This document shows, one piece after another, positions 35,731 to 49,146 of a DNA stretch of 64,000 nucleotides. The DNA is taken from the NCBI GenBank assembly GCA_973895155.1, contig OZ316894.1, positions 16,724,216-16,788,215 of the forward strand, written 5' to 3'. Position numbers and translations under genes: made by a program. This DNA comes from Marsupella aquatica. Its lineage: Eukaryota; Plantae; Marchantiophyta. The notes below the pieces were generated by a model. It was not told the DNA's origin. It was given only the letters and a program-made list of their open reading frames with translations, and did no database searches. Within the stretch, counting starts at the first letter, position 1; each line of letters starts with the position of its first letter.

Positions 35731-38517
35731 AGAAGCAGCCATTTTATTTCAGGGAATTGCATGTATTATCTCCAATTGCATTTGTTATGTACAGACCTGA
35801 CATATCCTGGAGCAGGCATTTCAAATTTAGTGTACGAAACTGGCCAGCTGTGCTTTGGATGGAGAGACCCTGAATGGCCCCCACCCTATGGTAAAGCCCC
35901 CCTTCGATCCAGATCTTGGGTCACCAGAGACCTCTTTCTTCGAATTCAAGTAACCCAATTATCTTGAACTCAGGACCCAAGGGTGAATTGTCTCCAAACT
36001 AAAAAAAAGAAGCAAGTTCAAAATTTGGCATCAAAATGAAAAGGTGATGGGACTTTTGATGCATTGAGATGAGTATCCAAAATCATGACTCAATGTAGGA
36101 CACGGCACATTGATAGCAAAGTTGAGACTACAGCCTTACCGAGCTTTGTCAACCAAGGGATACTTTCGAGATGGCTTTGCAAATAACTAGCCCAACCTGT
36201 ATTTCCGTTTGACAACATTCATGTCTATTGTACCGGATTTTCAGTACTGATGGGTTTAAGCTGAGACATATATGACTTGAGAGAAGCAATCCAATGCACG
36301 GAATTGCCAAGGCAGCTGTGATACTGGTGTTGAGCTCGTCTATTGTTTCTAAGGCTAAGCAGACGTGGAAATTGATTGCAGAAATAAACTGGAAGGGATA
36401 GATTAGACTTGCAGTAACGTTCATGTCGAGGAAGAGATCAAGTGGTTCAATAGCCAAACACTAAGGTTACCTGGGAATTAAAAACTTTTGAGATAGATGA
36501 AGCATTCTGAGCACTGGTGTTTCAAGTTGTCTGTATTGTATGTGATCCGAAATCTGCTCGAGAACCAGAAATATACTGTATACAAAGCAATATTCGTTGA
36601 GTACTAGCGTGAGAACAACTGCTTTAATCTGTCACAATTTATTCACTCCCACCTCTTCAATGATCCTCCTAATCCTTACTGTTTTGGAGTCCATAGGTGT
36701 TGCCACTAAGCAACCAAAGAGAAACCATATTCATAGGAAAAAGAATAAAAATTCTGTATGGCCCCTTTTGTAATTTTGGTCGGCTTTCATGGCAACTAGT
36801 TTAACAGAGTCGTTCGTGGCTTTCAAATTGACGTAATCGTGGTGTGAGGTTTTGAAAAAATCCAAGCCGGTAATGACCCCACGCTTGAATTTTGATGGAA
36901 ACTACTCGCTTCTGTGATGAGATGTGGACCTATTCAACATCCTGAGACTACCAACTTGTTGAAGTACATATCGACAGCTTTTCTTGTAGGTATCAGGTTA
37001 CATAGTATGGATACAGGGCAAAGTCAAAAGGATGGAAAAATGCTGTAGGTCGACAGATTGATGAGCAGAAGAGTTATTCGTGCCATCTGTTGCTCCTTGT
37101 AAAGACCTGGCGTGGGACACTATCATGAGAACAGTTTGATTTCAATGCAGGTAATTCTATCAGCTTCACTACAATTCTGTTTCCAAAAGTAAACATAAGG
37201 ATATTTGCAAATCGTGTCTACCAGGATCCAGGGATCCCCTCCACATTGTGAAGGCACTCAATCCTTCCTAATGTTCATCTCACTAGGAGTAATCCCTTTC
37301 AGCAGAGCCCAAGACAGATAAGTCCTCGTTCGGTATCCTTAAATCTTTGTAAGATTTTAATGTCAGACGGTAAGGAACATTAACTTAGGGCAGATAGCTT
37401 CTCGCAAGGCCACTGTGCAATAGACTTATCACCTCTCGACAAAGAAATTGAGAACTTATGACAATGGAGAGAAATGAATCCCGAACGCCCCAGTTTTGCT
37501 GCATTACAAGGTGAGGAAAGCTCATAGAATTCATGTGAGAAAACACGGGGCACTGTTGAGCCCAAGTTGTTGGTATTCAGATCACACATCAAATGGCCAT
37601 TCTCAGGATCAAAGAATTGATTCAGTGAGGATGAGAATCAAAGAACTGATTCAGTGAAGATGAGGATCAAAACCGGAGCCCATCAACATTGAAGAATTGG
37701 AAGCAATTTTCACGACAGGGTGGAGGGGAATACCTGGATAATGTACATGAAAAGTTCTGTCAACCTATAAAGACAAGGCTTGCGACACCTTCTGCAGGTT
37801 CAACGGTCATATAAACAGCAACCGTGAGGAACCGAAAAAAGGATCCTAGATCTGTGGTTGCGAAAGTGCTCGGCAACCTGCAAATGATGGACAACAAAGG
37901 TTTCTTAGTTTGCATCAGGGTGCTACATCGAAATCCTACCAGACTTTTCCTGTGGGAAGAAGCGAATGAACGGGACCTTCGGTCCGCGGGCAATATACAT
38001 GGCAGGACAATTCAAATCTAGACTACTCTACGCTGTGATCAACGGAGCTGATCACCTGGGTTTGTCTAGTTCGTGTGCATTGCAGGTCAGCTTTCTGAAC
38101 TTCTTGTTGCTTTTCTCTCTCCGTCTGGTTGTCAATAGGGTCCCCAAGGTCCCGTCCATTCTGTTTCTTTTCAAGGAGGGGTACTTGAGAGTTGATCTTT
38201 AGTTTAGAACTGGAGAAGAAGCTACTTTGCAAAATTTACAGAAGCTCGTCTATCCTCCGATCGTAGTGGTCCTACAGTACATGCTTGTTGTTCTCCTTCA
38301 AACACGGGGACGCGTGGGTTGCAATGTCAGCAGAGCACCTTTTCAGAAAGCTTTGGACAGTACACCTCCAGAGTTCCAGAATTACATAACGACGCGTATC
38401 ACTGCCATCCTGATCGTCCGTCCCCCACAGCCTCGTGCCACTCGAAGAGAATGTTTGAAGTTCGGCAACCGGGTCTCGATATGTCTCGTAGATACTTGTT
38501 ATGCGTGTACTGTACTC

Positions 38518-40143
38518 TCAAAATGGGCGAGGAGGCTTCTCCAACACAGCTGAGAACCACATTTCGGCACTCTCTTTATCGGACTTGGGAGCAACAACCC
38601 ATTTGAGCCGCTTGTATCTCAGCTGCTCGAAGTAGTACAGATAGTCATCCAGATCCTCCTTCTGGCAGAAGAACCGATCAATCCAAAGCAGCCCACCTGG
38701 GCGAATCACCCTGTCCCAATCTATGAGGACAAAGTCCAGCAGCTGATGGTCAATCCACCCATCCAGAAAGAGAGTGCTATGCACGATGTCCAGCGTGTTG
38801 TCAAAGAAAGGGAGCCGCTGGTTCACGCTGAGGTAGAGAGGAAGAAGCCCCCTCAACGCAATGAATTCGTTGAACGGTGCCCCAAGATTCAGAGTGGCAG
38901 AGGCTATGGTGATGTTATGTTCCCGCATTCGAGCTGCGAAAGTGCCGGTTCCTACAGAGAAGTCCAGCCCAATGCGGATCTCCCCTGGCTTGAAACTCAG
39001 CACGTCTTCCAGGAGAAAATCTACCTCTGTCGACAAGGTGGTGACATTTATCCATTTGGGCTTCTCGTGCCCCTCCAGGTTGAAGCACTCGCTGCACTTG
39101 AAGAACCCCTTCCGATCAGCACCTCCCAGACATTTGAAGTTCTTGCAGATGTACTTGTCCCACCGCACATTCCTGTCGTCGGGGATCGTCCAGACGGCCT
39201 CACTCATCGGCAGCGGTTTCTGGAAAGTTTTTGGGCCCCGTGCGAAGCATCTCCTTCGCGGCAGAGGGTCGCATCCATGAACCATCAGCTTCTGCGCAAG
39301 CATCCAATCGTCGGCGCAGTACTCTCCTACCTCGTAATCCATGTACTGCTCCAGCTCGACCTGCTTGGCCACACACGCGTGTCCGATCGATGCATATGTC
39401 GCATTTGCTCCCATGAAGTTCTTCCTGCCCAGCCGATTGGACTTGACCTTCAAGTACTTCCGAATTTCATCAACGCCGAAAAAGTCGATCAGTGGGTCTG
39501 TGCTCTTCGGTTCCTCCTCCCATTCTCCCTCCTCCCTCTCATAGTCCTCCACCACATTTGGTCCGGCTGCTGCTGCTGTTGTGGCGTTCAGAAGTTTTGT
39601 TGTTGTTCTTGTTTCGTTCAAAAGAGAGCGAGGCTGGAGGTATGCGTTATAAGAAGAGTAAGAGCTGCCGTGCCCATTTGTGGTCCCAAAGCTACCCAGC
39701 TGCTGCGCTTGAGATTTGGATTGCTGGAGGTACAAATTCACGTGTTCCAGCGTGGCCGCGATGTCGACCAGGAGGTTGCTGGTTCTTTTCCATTCGAAAC
39801 GGAGCTGGTGCACAGCTTCATCGATTGTCTCCACAGCGTCAGCAGCCAGCAGCCTGGCTTGGATTTCTTCCATGGCCTTCCCAACCTTGACCTGTAAATT
39901 CTCCACATTGCTCGTGAGGGACATGATACTTTTGCCGCCTCCGAAGTACCACCTGCCGCTGCTGTGGCCACTATTACTGTCGAAGGCGGCCTTGTTGAAG
40001 AATCCATAGAAATGGTAGAGATGGAAGAACCCACTAATCGTCACGAGAACCACCGTCCATACCAGCAGATACTGCAATGCGCACTTTGCGCCGATCCTTC
40101 CCAGGGTAAACGAATTTGCTCGTCTCAATATCGCTCTCACCAT
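38518..40143 (-). CDS. Type II membrane SAM-dependent methyltransferase (At1g29790-like), intronless
   Basis: N-terminal TM segment (YLLVWTVVLVTISGFFHLY), then GCDPLPRRRCF, IRIGLDFSVGTGTFAARMRE, ALRGLLPLYLSVNQRLPFFDNTLDIVH, DWDRVIRPGGLLWIDRFFC and SAVLEKPPRPF*. Start taken as the first ATG (MVRAILRR). Confidence 0.92.
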   Translation of the reverse strand: MVRAILRRANSFTLGRIGAKCALQYLLVWTVVLVTISGFFHLYHFYGFFNKAAFDSNSGHSSGRWYFGGGKSIMSLTSNVENLQVKVGKAMEEIQARLLAADAVETIDEAVHQLRFEWKRTSNLLVDIAATLEHVNLYLQQSKSQAQQLGSFGTTNGHGSSYSSYNAYLQPRSLLNETRTTTKLLNATTAAAAGPNVVEDYEREEGEWEEEPKSTDPLIDFFGVDEIRKYLKVKSNRLGRKNFMGANATYASIGHACVAKQVELEQYMDYEVGEYCADDWMLAQKLMVHGCDPLPRRRCFARGPKTFQKPLPMSEAVWTIPDDRNVRWDKYICKNFKCLGGADRKGFFKCSECFNLEGHEKPKWINVTTLSTEVDFLLEDVLSFKPGEIRIGLDFSVGTGTFAARMREHNITIASATLNLGAPFNEFIALRGLLPLYLSVNQRLPFFDNTLDIVHSTLFLDGWIDHQLLDFVLIDWDRVIRPGGLLWIDRFFCQKEDLDDYLYYFEQLRYKRLKWVVAPKSDKESAEMWFSAVLEKPPRPF

Positions 40144-43100
40144 CTCTCTGTCGCTCTGTGACTGGGAAGGAAAATTATCCAATTTCCTGAGTTGAACACC
40201 AAGTTCCCTCACAACGATAAATTCCCTCACAACGATAATGCGAAGACGGGCTTCGAAAAGGAAGCTCCCTGATGGACAAAATTCTCGCACTCGCTCAAAA
40301 AATCATCATTCTGGAGAGAGGAGATCACTGCACTCCGAATTAAAACTTGCATTGCATTCGAGCTCAACATTTGTCCGAAGTGCATGACCGCGAACAGTCA
40401 GTGGGGCCGTCAAATTAATCGATTCAGAGAGACGGCAGTGTCAAGCCATGTACCGACTCCAGTTGGGTCCAGCAGTCAACAAACCTCAAGTCCTCCTCCT
40501 CCCGAAATCCCAATCGGTTCCCTCCCGCCCGCTGCCCCATCGTGTCAATTCGTACTCGCATGCAGAGTACGGTAAGCTGCGTTCTCTCAATCCCGACGTG
40601 AATCAGTCAATGGCACTGTCGTGATGATTGTAATGCGAGTGTTGATAATTGTGATGCGAGTGTTATGATCGTCATCAATGTGCTCCTTCAGTTGGCAATG
40701 AATTCGAGTCCCACTTGGTCTGAAAAAGAGTTCGGACATAATGATCCCATTCAAAATCTTTTCGATACACTCAATCTCTCTTGAATTTATCATACATTCC
40801 CACCGTGAGTTGGTCGGGGTACGGTGTTCATTCATCATTCGGAGTGACCTGCAGATACCAGTCAACGCGCTAGTGTTATAGTCCTTGCAGTACAGCGACT
40901 TATTGCGTTAAGGAAATCCAGTCCCGGAGTTGATGATCTTGTTTGTTGGTGTCGTACACAGTAATAGGACTATAGGAGGGCTCCTTACTTGTGAATAATC
41001 GTCCCGCAGTCAACTAAAGTGTCGTTGAGGTATCGTTCAGCGAATTGCTTTCAGTAACAAAAAACCCGAGTGGCCGAGACTTGAGCTCCAAGACAGTCGG
41101 ATAAGTTAAGAATTGATTATGTTCGTGTGAGAGATTGCGTCGTTTGGCTCGTGATGAACGTGACCACCAGAAGGTCAGTCAATAACGTAGACAAAAACTT
41201 CTGATAGAGATGAAGCTTCATGACCTCCGAGAGGGATTAAGGGTTTTCGAGAATACAGATCTGGCAAACTCCTGCATCCTGCATCTTGATGCCGTCCAGA
41301 AAGGTCATCTCCTCTGCCTCTTTCAATCTTCATAGTTTAGTGAGGCATGAGCAGACGGAAGAGAAGCGAGTACTGTTTCGCTGGAGTGTGGAATTGGAGG
41401 ACCTGGGAATTCACATGGTGATCCACTTTCTAAATAGATGTCGGTGCCCCAAGGAAGGGGTGCAATTTCATCTTATTCAAATTAATCTAAGCAACAAAAA
41501 GCAATCTAATTCACTCTAAGCCGTCGATTGCAAAATTGCTAAACTGCTGAGGCCCTTGTCTTGTAAAGCGCCCCTTACGTACCCCACTTGCCTCTACTGC
41601 GTCTCATGTAGTCGCCCTCTATGTATTTGATCACGTCTAAGTTGTGTCTCACTGAAGTTAAATTCTAGCAAGTAGCCACCCCACTAGTCTCTACTGCATG
41701 TCATGTGGTCGCGCTTTCATGTACTTGAGCACGTCTAAATTTCTGTCCCCCTGACTTTAAATTCTGGCAAGTTGCATTTGAGGAGAGGATGGGTGCAGGA
41801 TGGTCAACAGTCGGTTCCTCTGTTTCTATTCTCACATTCTCACACATCCACAGGACCCCGTTCACAAGATTTAAGTTATCTGAAGTTTCTGACTTGAGCG
41901 AGAAAAATATTCGCTCACACGGGTGAGCAAAATCTTCTAACAGGTGTGTGAAGAGATGTCTTGGACGATCTCCACGTCTACATGACTCGGTGGATTGAGA
42001 ACAATTGCGTCTCATGGACTAGATTCCCCAAAACTGCAAATCCATGTTGGAGTCATGCTCTTTTCCACTTGTCTACATGGCTTTCCTGTTTCTTCAGTAA
42101 TAAATTCACACCGGAAAAGATGCTGGTTCCTGCACGAAACCACTCCGTTTAGTTCTTCTGTGGGCTGTTCCGAGGGCCACTGGGTAGATTGTGTAAGAGT
42201 CGAGAAAAGAGAGAAGGTCAATATTACGCTCGAATGATTATGGGAAGATTTGGTCGTCGTCAGGTGAAGGATGATGCTGTGGCCACATGCAGCCAGGACC
42301 AGACATAGAATTTTGTCTAGAGATAGGCTCAAGACGCATTTCGTCATTCACACTTTCTTTTCTTTATTCACCTCTCGTGGCATGTTAATTTCGACAGATA
42401 CACAATTATGGAGCAATTATACCCATCTTGGTCCCAGCCTCAAGAGTTCATCGAGCTTTCGTGCTAAAACTAAGTGGAAGTCGCAGACTCCACAGCGAAG
42501 GCTAACAACTAGAACGTCAATATCTCCTATCTCAGACCATGATGCAGTTAGAGGCTGTAGCAGGGCAGACCTAGTCCCCATTGACTATTATCAAATCCTG
42601 CTCTCTGTTCTGTCAGATGAGGTGGGTTAAAAAACTAAGTATAGACCAACCAAAAAAGGGAACCATACCTCTGCAATTTCATCTACTTCATTTGGAGATT
42701 TATAAGCATAATAAACAATGAAGTTCATGTTAGGTTGATGTTAGGTAGGTCTAGCTCTGGGTACTAAAACACGGATAGTGTCCTTTCTCCAAGGCGAAGT
42801 CTTTGAAACCACATACTCCTCGTTCATGCGAGTAGCTGACAAGAAGATCAAAACAAACAAATCTCTACTTCTGCAGATCAAAATTTGTCCAAACTTTCAC
42901 TCTACAAGGTCCCCCTGTTAGTAAAAACCCCCCATTCCCTGCCTCTCATACAGCTTACACACTTCCGAGAATATCCTCGGTACCAACAAACAAACAGGGA
43001 AAAGAGAACCCTAACGAAAAGTGTGATGTACAGAAGAAACCATTTCCTAAATTTCCCGTTTTGATCTGCAGAGAGACGAATCATAATCTGAGCATAAAAC

Positions 43101-43194
43101 TCAAAAAATGTGAGTGATTGCAGGTGTAGTGGTGGTCACACAAACAACCCTATGCAATGGTAAACATATACTCAAGAACAGCTGCACTGCTGTA

Positions 43195-46100
43195 TCAAGA
43201 TGCTGCACCCACTCTTTCCAGAAGGGACTTGACTAGCAGCAGTTTCTTTGGTGCCTTGTTCTTGTACTCTTTTGACAACACGGCACCTGCTAGTGTAACA
43301 AGCTCTGAGCTGTCCTTCTCATCACGGCCCCTGCCACCTTTCGCTAATTGATTAATGGCAGCCCCACACTGTCAATAAAACACAGGGAGCATGGTGAGCT
43401 TTTGCAAATACACATCATATCTTGAAACTTAGGATGTGACCGTACAATCATTCCAGGACACCCAACGATTTTTACAACCGTTGCAACAGGAAAGAAGTGT
43501 AATCTAAAATCTTATTTATTTTTTGCTCCAACAGGTCGTAAACCCATATCGACGCGTTTGATCATTCTAATTGCCTTTGATGAAATCGAGAATCAACGTC
43601 GAAAGCACAGATCTGAGACAACAGCCACAAACTTAGGCCTTGAAAACTAGAAAAGGTGCTACGAAGCACATTCGACCTTCGAGAAAGAGGGTCCATACCA
43701 AGACTATGCCATACAAAGCGCGCACGTTCCTGCCCCCACTTAGTTCCAGCGTTGCTGCGTAATATTTTTTGGCAGAACGAATGTTATCTAGACCTCCTAA
43801 GGTATAGAGTACCTGCGAAGCATAAAAATTGTTGCCCAACAGTCAGAGATTGCCTTCAAACCACTTGCAAAACTGTAGGTGTACGCAGATATGTGAGGGT
43901 AGTGTAAGTAATTGCCCACCTAAAAAAAAGCTTTCTAAATGAAATCTTCAAACCAACAACCTTATATCCCTTCTGCAAACCACAAAAATCCAAAGGACAA
44001 ATCCACACGAAGTAAACTCTTTCTGTGTCCCGAGCGATCCTTGGCAGTCCTAATCGGTTGACGCGCTTACACAGTATAACACGTTTTCATTTCGTTCAAA
44101 AATCAAACGTTCGTCAAACATACCGATGAACACTACTCTCACAAGAACTGTAAATTCAGCATCAGTCATTGCATAATCCTACCCAATCTATCCCTTTCAG
44201 CAAACGCTTGTTTCTTTATACCTCAGCATATCCGAGATGATACAAGGCATTTGTAGGTTGGGCAAGAATAAGCTCTTCATAGCAAAAAGCTGCCTGCTTG
44301 TACCTGCGTATTCAAAGTGAAAACAATATCATCTTTTCGACCAAAGCTACAAGGGCAGCTCACAAATCACAGGCAACTTGCCCATCACAATAAAAGCCAT
44401 ATAGACGCAGAGCACAGTGCAATTAGATCACCACAGTCTACCATTAAATACTTTGGCTGTAATTTATGCTTTGCGAAGTGGCAGTTCCATTCTGCGTTTT
44501 GACCATTACGGTGAACCCGAGATTGAACCTACATGAGAAGAGAGATGTACAGCTCAGCAAGTTCTCTCCATGCATCATGATCTGCCATAAACCTGTACCG
44601 GCAGAAGAACGTTAAGAAGACCTGGTGCAAACTTTATAATCACACAATAATATCCTTTGTACAGGCAGACATTTAGTAGAATTGGAGCCGACTGACCAAT
44701 TTCGGTAATGAGATGAAAAGGAATTGCGGTTTTTCTTTCGAGAAGCATACGGACATCAGAAGAACAATTTCATAGACGGTGCGTGCAAATATGTAACTGT
44801 TCTCTAGTATAAAGACATCTGAGTCAACCAAAAATGATTCCAAGAGACTGATGACTAGAGGCAGCGAGCCAGGTATAACCCTAAACATTTTAGTCAAGAA
44901 ATGAAGATATAAAGAGACCACAGGCACAGTACATTAAATCAAAGAATTTATACGGCTTTCAGACCACGTACAACTCAAGGTATTTGTTCAAGGCCTCCAT
45001 AGCTCCATTGATTTTGCCTTGCGCCTTTGCGATGGCCACCGACCTTTTGTACGGATGCTAAAAGTGCAGAACCACAACTTGGGCATCAAGTACTGATAAA
45101 AACGTCATTTCCCCTTGCAACCACAGCCATCCGAAGTGTTCACAAATGAGATCAGAAGCTTACCGGATCTGAGGGATTCTTTTTTATGAGGTCATCGTAT
45201 ACATCTTCAGCTTGCCGCCATCGACCTGTAGATTCGAGCCACATACCCTCCAGTCGACCTGAAATGATACGGCATTAGCAAGCCTCAACATTATTGCAAA
45301 ACAGTAAAAGCTCTGCGTGGTGAGGATTCTATCAATACAAACTTAAGATATTAATGTTTCAATGATTTCAGTAATGGGCGTTTCAACTTACCGATTCGCT
45401 GACTATCTGGAAATTTTCTCATTAACGCTGCAACACAATCCTGCACAAATGCACATAGTCCTGACAATATTAAGAAGCAATTAGACATCCACAACGTATC
45501 AAAGTCCACGTAAAGTCACACTATACTTCATTAACGGAAAATCAGGAAAGCAAGAAACAAGCCTCTACCTTAGATGCTGCCGCGCAGTTGCAATCCATCG
45601 ATGCAATAGCAACCTGCTCGTACACATTCCATACTGCGCAAGACAAACAACCTTCCACGTCAGAGAAACATGGTAGTCACAGAATTATTTTCCTTCTTTG
45701 TTTCATTCAATTGTTATTTCATAATGGGTTTACACATTCGACACAACTTCGACACGACCTCGGCAAATATTCGAGGGTTTTTCGTGGATTCCTCCACAAG
45801 AGAGAATTTCTTGATCCCGGAGATTCGATCTTCTTATGCCTCAGCCATACAGTTCCACATTACTAGAGTTACTTTTCATGATTAGCTGTATGGGCTATAC
45901 ACCTTCATCCCACGACGAAGAACAAAAATTCGCAGGTTCCGTCTACAGAGAAGCACAAGTAAAACCTAATCAGGATAATACTGAGCTCCAAGGGCTATTT
46001 CACTCCTTCATCCCATCACTTTAAGTCGCCGCTTGAGTGTACAAAGGAGCATCAACAAAACCTAATCAGGATGCAATGGCATGGCGTTGGTGCTGCGATC

Positions 46101-46558
46101 TCAATCCGGTTTGGACAATAGCTTCCGCATGATAAATACCCTCATGTGTTTAAATAAATGAGGGCAAACGCTAGTACCTAATGTAGAGCTGGAGATAAGT
46201 TCTCACCGGAACTCTCTGCCTTACTTGCAGAATTCGCATATATATGAACCCACCGACCGACCTCCTGACCTTGTCTTGGCTCTCTGACTGGAAAATGCGA
46301 CGCTCTATCCAATATCATGCCACACCGTCGGACAGCAGAGAGACAGAACGATGAACAGAGACTGTGCGTACCTTCGTCCCCGAGCTTAGACGCTGCTGAT
46401 GGATTGTTCAACAGAGCCAACCCGATCTTCGACACCTTCTCTGACCGCCGCACCTTCAATTTCCGGGCCAGAGCCAGGTACTGAGCCCCATCGCCGCTAC
46501 CTCCTTCCACCTGCTTCTCCAGGAGGTCCAGCTCCGCTTCTTCTGCAACGCATACCAT
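43195..46558 (-). CDS. EMC2: ER membrane protein complex subunit 2 (TPR protein). Exons 46558-46372, 45633-45569, 45440-45392, 45258-45164, 45057-44972, 44592-44533, 44303-44222, 43812-43699, 43368-43195
   Basis: Spliced product contains RKLKVRRSEKV, WNVYEQVAIASMDC, KFPDSQRIGRLEG, LNKYLELFMADHDAWRELAELY, YKQAAFCYEELILAQP, YAEVLYTLGG and KYYAATLELSGGRNVRALYG. All introns are GT-AG. Confidence 0.95.
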
Positions 46559-48451
46559 CTCTCCCTCTCTCGCTTTCTGAAAGGGAGCACTCTACTCTTC
46601 GTCACAATCGCCTCAATCCCGGAGAAGCGAAATTGCGAAATGGGGATGAAAGGCCGTCTTGTCTATCGATCGAATCGAGAAGTAGCGAGAATCGGAATGA
46701 AAATGAAATGCTACTACTGCAAAACGAGAGGTGCGACCGTGAACAGAAACACCGTAAAACAAGCGCAAAAAGCTTCTGCAGAAAAATATGTCGTAATCGA
46801 GAAGGGTGCTGTTTGATTCCTGTGCCGTCTTCCCTTGCGGCGAAGTGCTCTATGAATAATAATTATTATTGGACGGTGGAGACTGAGAGTACCGCAGAGT
46901 ACACTTTCAGGTACTTAATTTTTACTTTTATATTGAAGGGGAAATCTGTGAAACCCACACAAAGTGGACAACATTTGAACCCTAGACTAATGAATATCAA
47001 TTCAAGTGAGTTACCACAGCCATGCCTCTCTGGGCAATTAAGTACTCAATGAAGGGACTTGTTTTCTATTTCTAATTTTCAGGTTTTGAAGTACATTATT
47101 CAAATTTACAAAGTTGTTTTTTTGTTATATTTACAAATATGTAGAGCTTTTCCTATATGGTGCCCCTGTTGGTTAACTTGTCATTTATATACAATACAAA
47201 AATATTCATAAATTGAAAAAAGTGATAGAATTGTGAATTAGAACATCTTTAATGACAAATATCTTAAAAATCTTGAAAAAAAAAGCGCAAAGCACCTTAG
47301 TATTTGGTCTAGAAGTGGTTTTTGGTCCTTCTCCTAATTTTCAGGTCTGGCCTGTTATGCCCTGCCTTTCTATTTTTGGGTACAGATTAGGTTGGCCCAA
47401 AAATTAAATTAGCATTGAAATTAAAGATTAAGAAATGATTGTGAAAAAACTTTATGACATTTATTTTAAGAATGCACTAAGTATTTTAATGTAGAACATT
47501 AATTTATTAGTGTAGTTTATTCTTAAAGTGAACAAATGCAATCGAGAGAAAGTATTCATTGCGCTATAATTTGGAAATAAAAGTATGAACATTCCCAAAT
47601 TTATATGTTTTCCTCTTCAAATCACAGTTGCCATGAGGCAGTTCAACTATAAAAAAAAGCAGTAGGCACCATATGTGATAGGTATTTTCATGTTATGAAA
47701 GCACCCCATGGGAAGTGCCTCCTAAATTCAATCACGCCACTTTTGATCAGGACATCAATTTCTATGTATTTCTATTACATTCAGGAACTTCTATGTTTCT
47801 AGTAACAAACAAATATGATTGTTTGTGTTTGACAGAAGGCCAACAGAAATACTTGAGAGAAGGCCAAAGAAAAACACATACAGGGGAACCATAAAATAAT
47901 TGAACATTCAAAAGTAAATGTTATAATACCAAACAACAAGGTTAGCAAAGTTGGACAGTGAGAATGGTGGATAATGATGCACAATGGTCACAAGAAAAGG
48001 TGCATGCCATTGGATTTCTTTTATTGACAGATGATCAGCTTAAAGTGCACAAAAACCTCTCTGATGCATCTTAGTATGCTTATGTACCCTACTGGTAGCA
48101 CAGAAACAATCAGGAAGACTCAAGGAGAATAAATGATTAACTTAAAGTACCCTGGGGTTAAAGTGCACACTTTCCCGTTAACCATCAACATTTGATCCCC
48201 TTTAAAGTAAATCAATTGTTCTTTTCGAGTTTTCTGAAAGCTATTTTTGTGCTACTAGGCTACACAAGCATGCTACGATGCATCAAAAGTCAAAGGCTTT
48301 CTGCCACTTTGTCATCTTGAGTCCATTTGGGCTGAGTTGTTTATGTTAAGAATGGATGGACTGAGAGTTTGTTGTGAAGCTCCCCTGGATTTCCAAAGCT
48401 GGGATGTACCAACTCTGAACATCAAAATATGCTTGGCTAGCAGTCTGTACA

Positions 48452-48800
48452 GTTTTGACTCAAATGTGACCTGTAAACAGGCTCCTAACTGTTTGCCACT
48501 GGTTTCCAGTAGGTTACTTGGTGGTAAGTTGCAGCTGACGCACAAACTACTCAAGTCGTACTTCACAAAAGTAAAGCATCCTTCCCAAAAGTGGAAAATC
48601 AATGCTCCTGCCCAAACTACTCAAGGCATTATTCACAAAAGCGAAGCCTTTGTTGACAGTTAGTTTATAATAATTGACCTTTTTCACACTCATCGGCGAT
48701 GGAGCAAATGATCTAAAAAATCTGAAACTTTGTCAGTAATAGATTAACCATTAGAGAGCCTATGTAAAGATCCAAAAGATGTCCAATTAAATGCACACGT
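48452..48800 (+). repeat. Dispersed repeat family A, copy 3
   Basis: TTTTGACTCAAATGTGACCTGTAAACAGGCTC...CAAACTACTCAAGTCGTACTTCACAAAAGTAAAGCATCCTTCCCAAAAGTG...CAAACTACTCAAGG. Confidence 0.7.
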
Positions 48801-49146
48801 CTGCTGAAAGCCAACACTTACAATTGATTAAGACACCTGGAAAAATTACTTGGGGCTGAAGTGTCCTTCCAAAGATAGCCAGACAATAGGAATTTTTGGT
48901 GCAAAGTGAAAGAACATGTGTCACATTCCATGGAGATGGGTGAAACAAACCCGAGAACAAAGCCCTCAGTCCATCAGGGCTTATCTTTCACCTAGCTTGG
49001 GGACCTATGTACTAAACAAAATTGAAGAATATTGGATTTCCCACAACTTCCTAATGACACTCATTGAACTACTTTGCGAAGTTCTTCACCTCTCATGCTG
49101 TATGCTATACCGTCATCTCCCTGCATCTTTGTTGTATACTTTCAAA

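Noticed and set aside
37605-37672. Short tandem duplications (also about 35190-35270, 40204-40238 and 40622-40665)
   Set aside because: Two-copy 18-60-bp slippage duplications with no evidence of function.
38746-39897. 383-aa plus-strand ORF antisense to the methyltransferase
   Set aside because: It lies entirely opposite a GC-rich coding region and has no recognisable motifs; a typical antisense shadow ORF.
46399-47052. 217-aa plus-strand ORF over EMC2 exon 1 and promoter
   Set aside because: Antisense to a real exon, low complexity, no recognisable domain.
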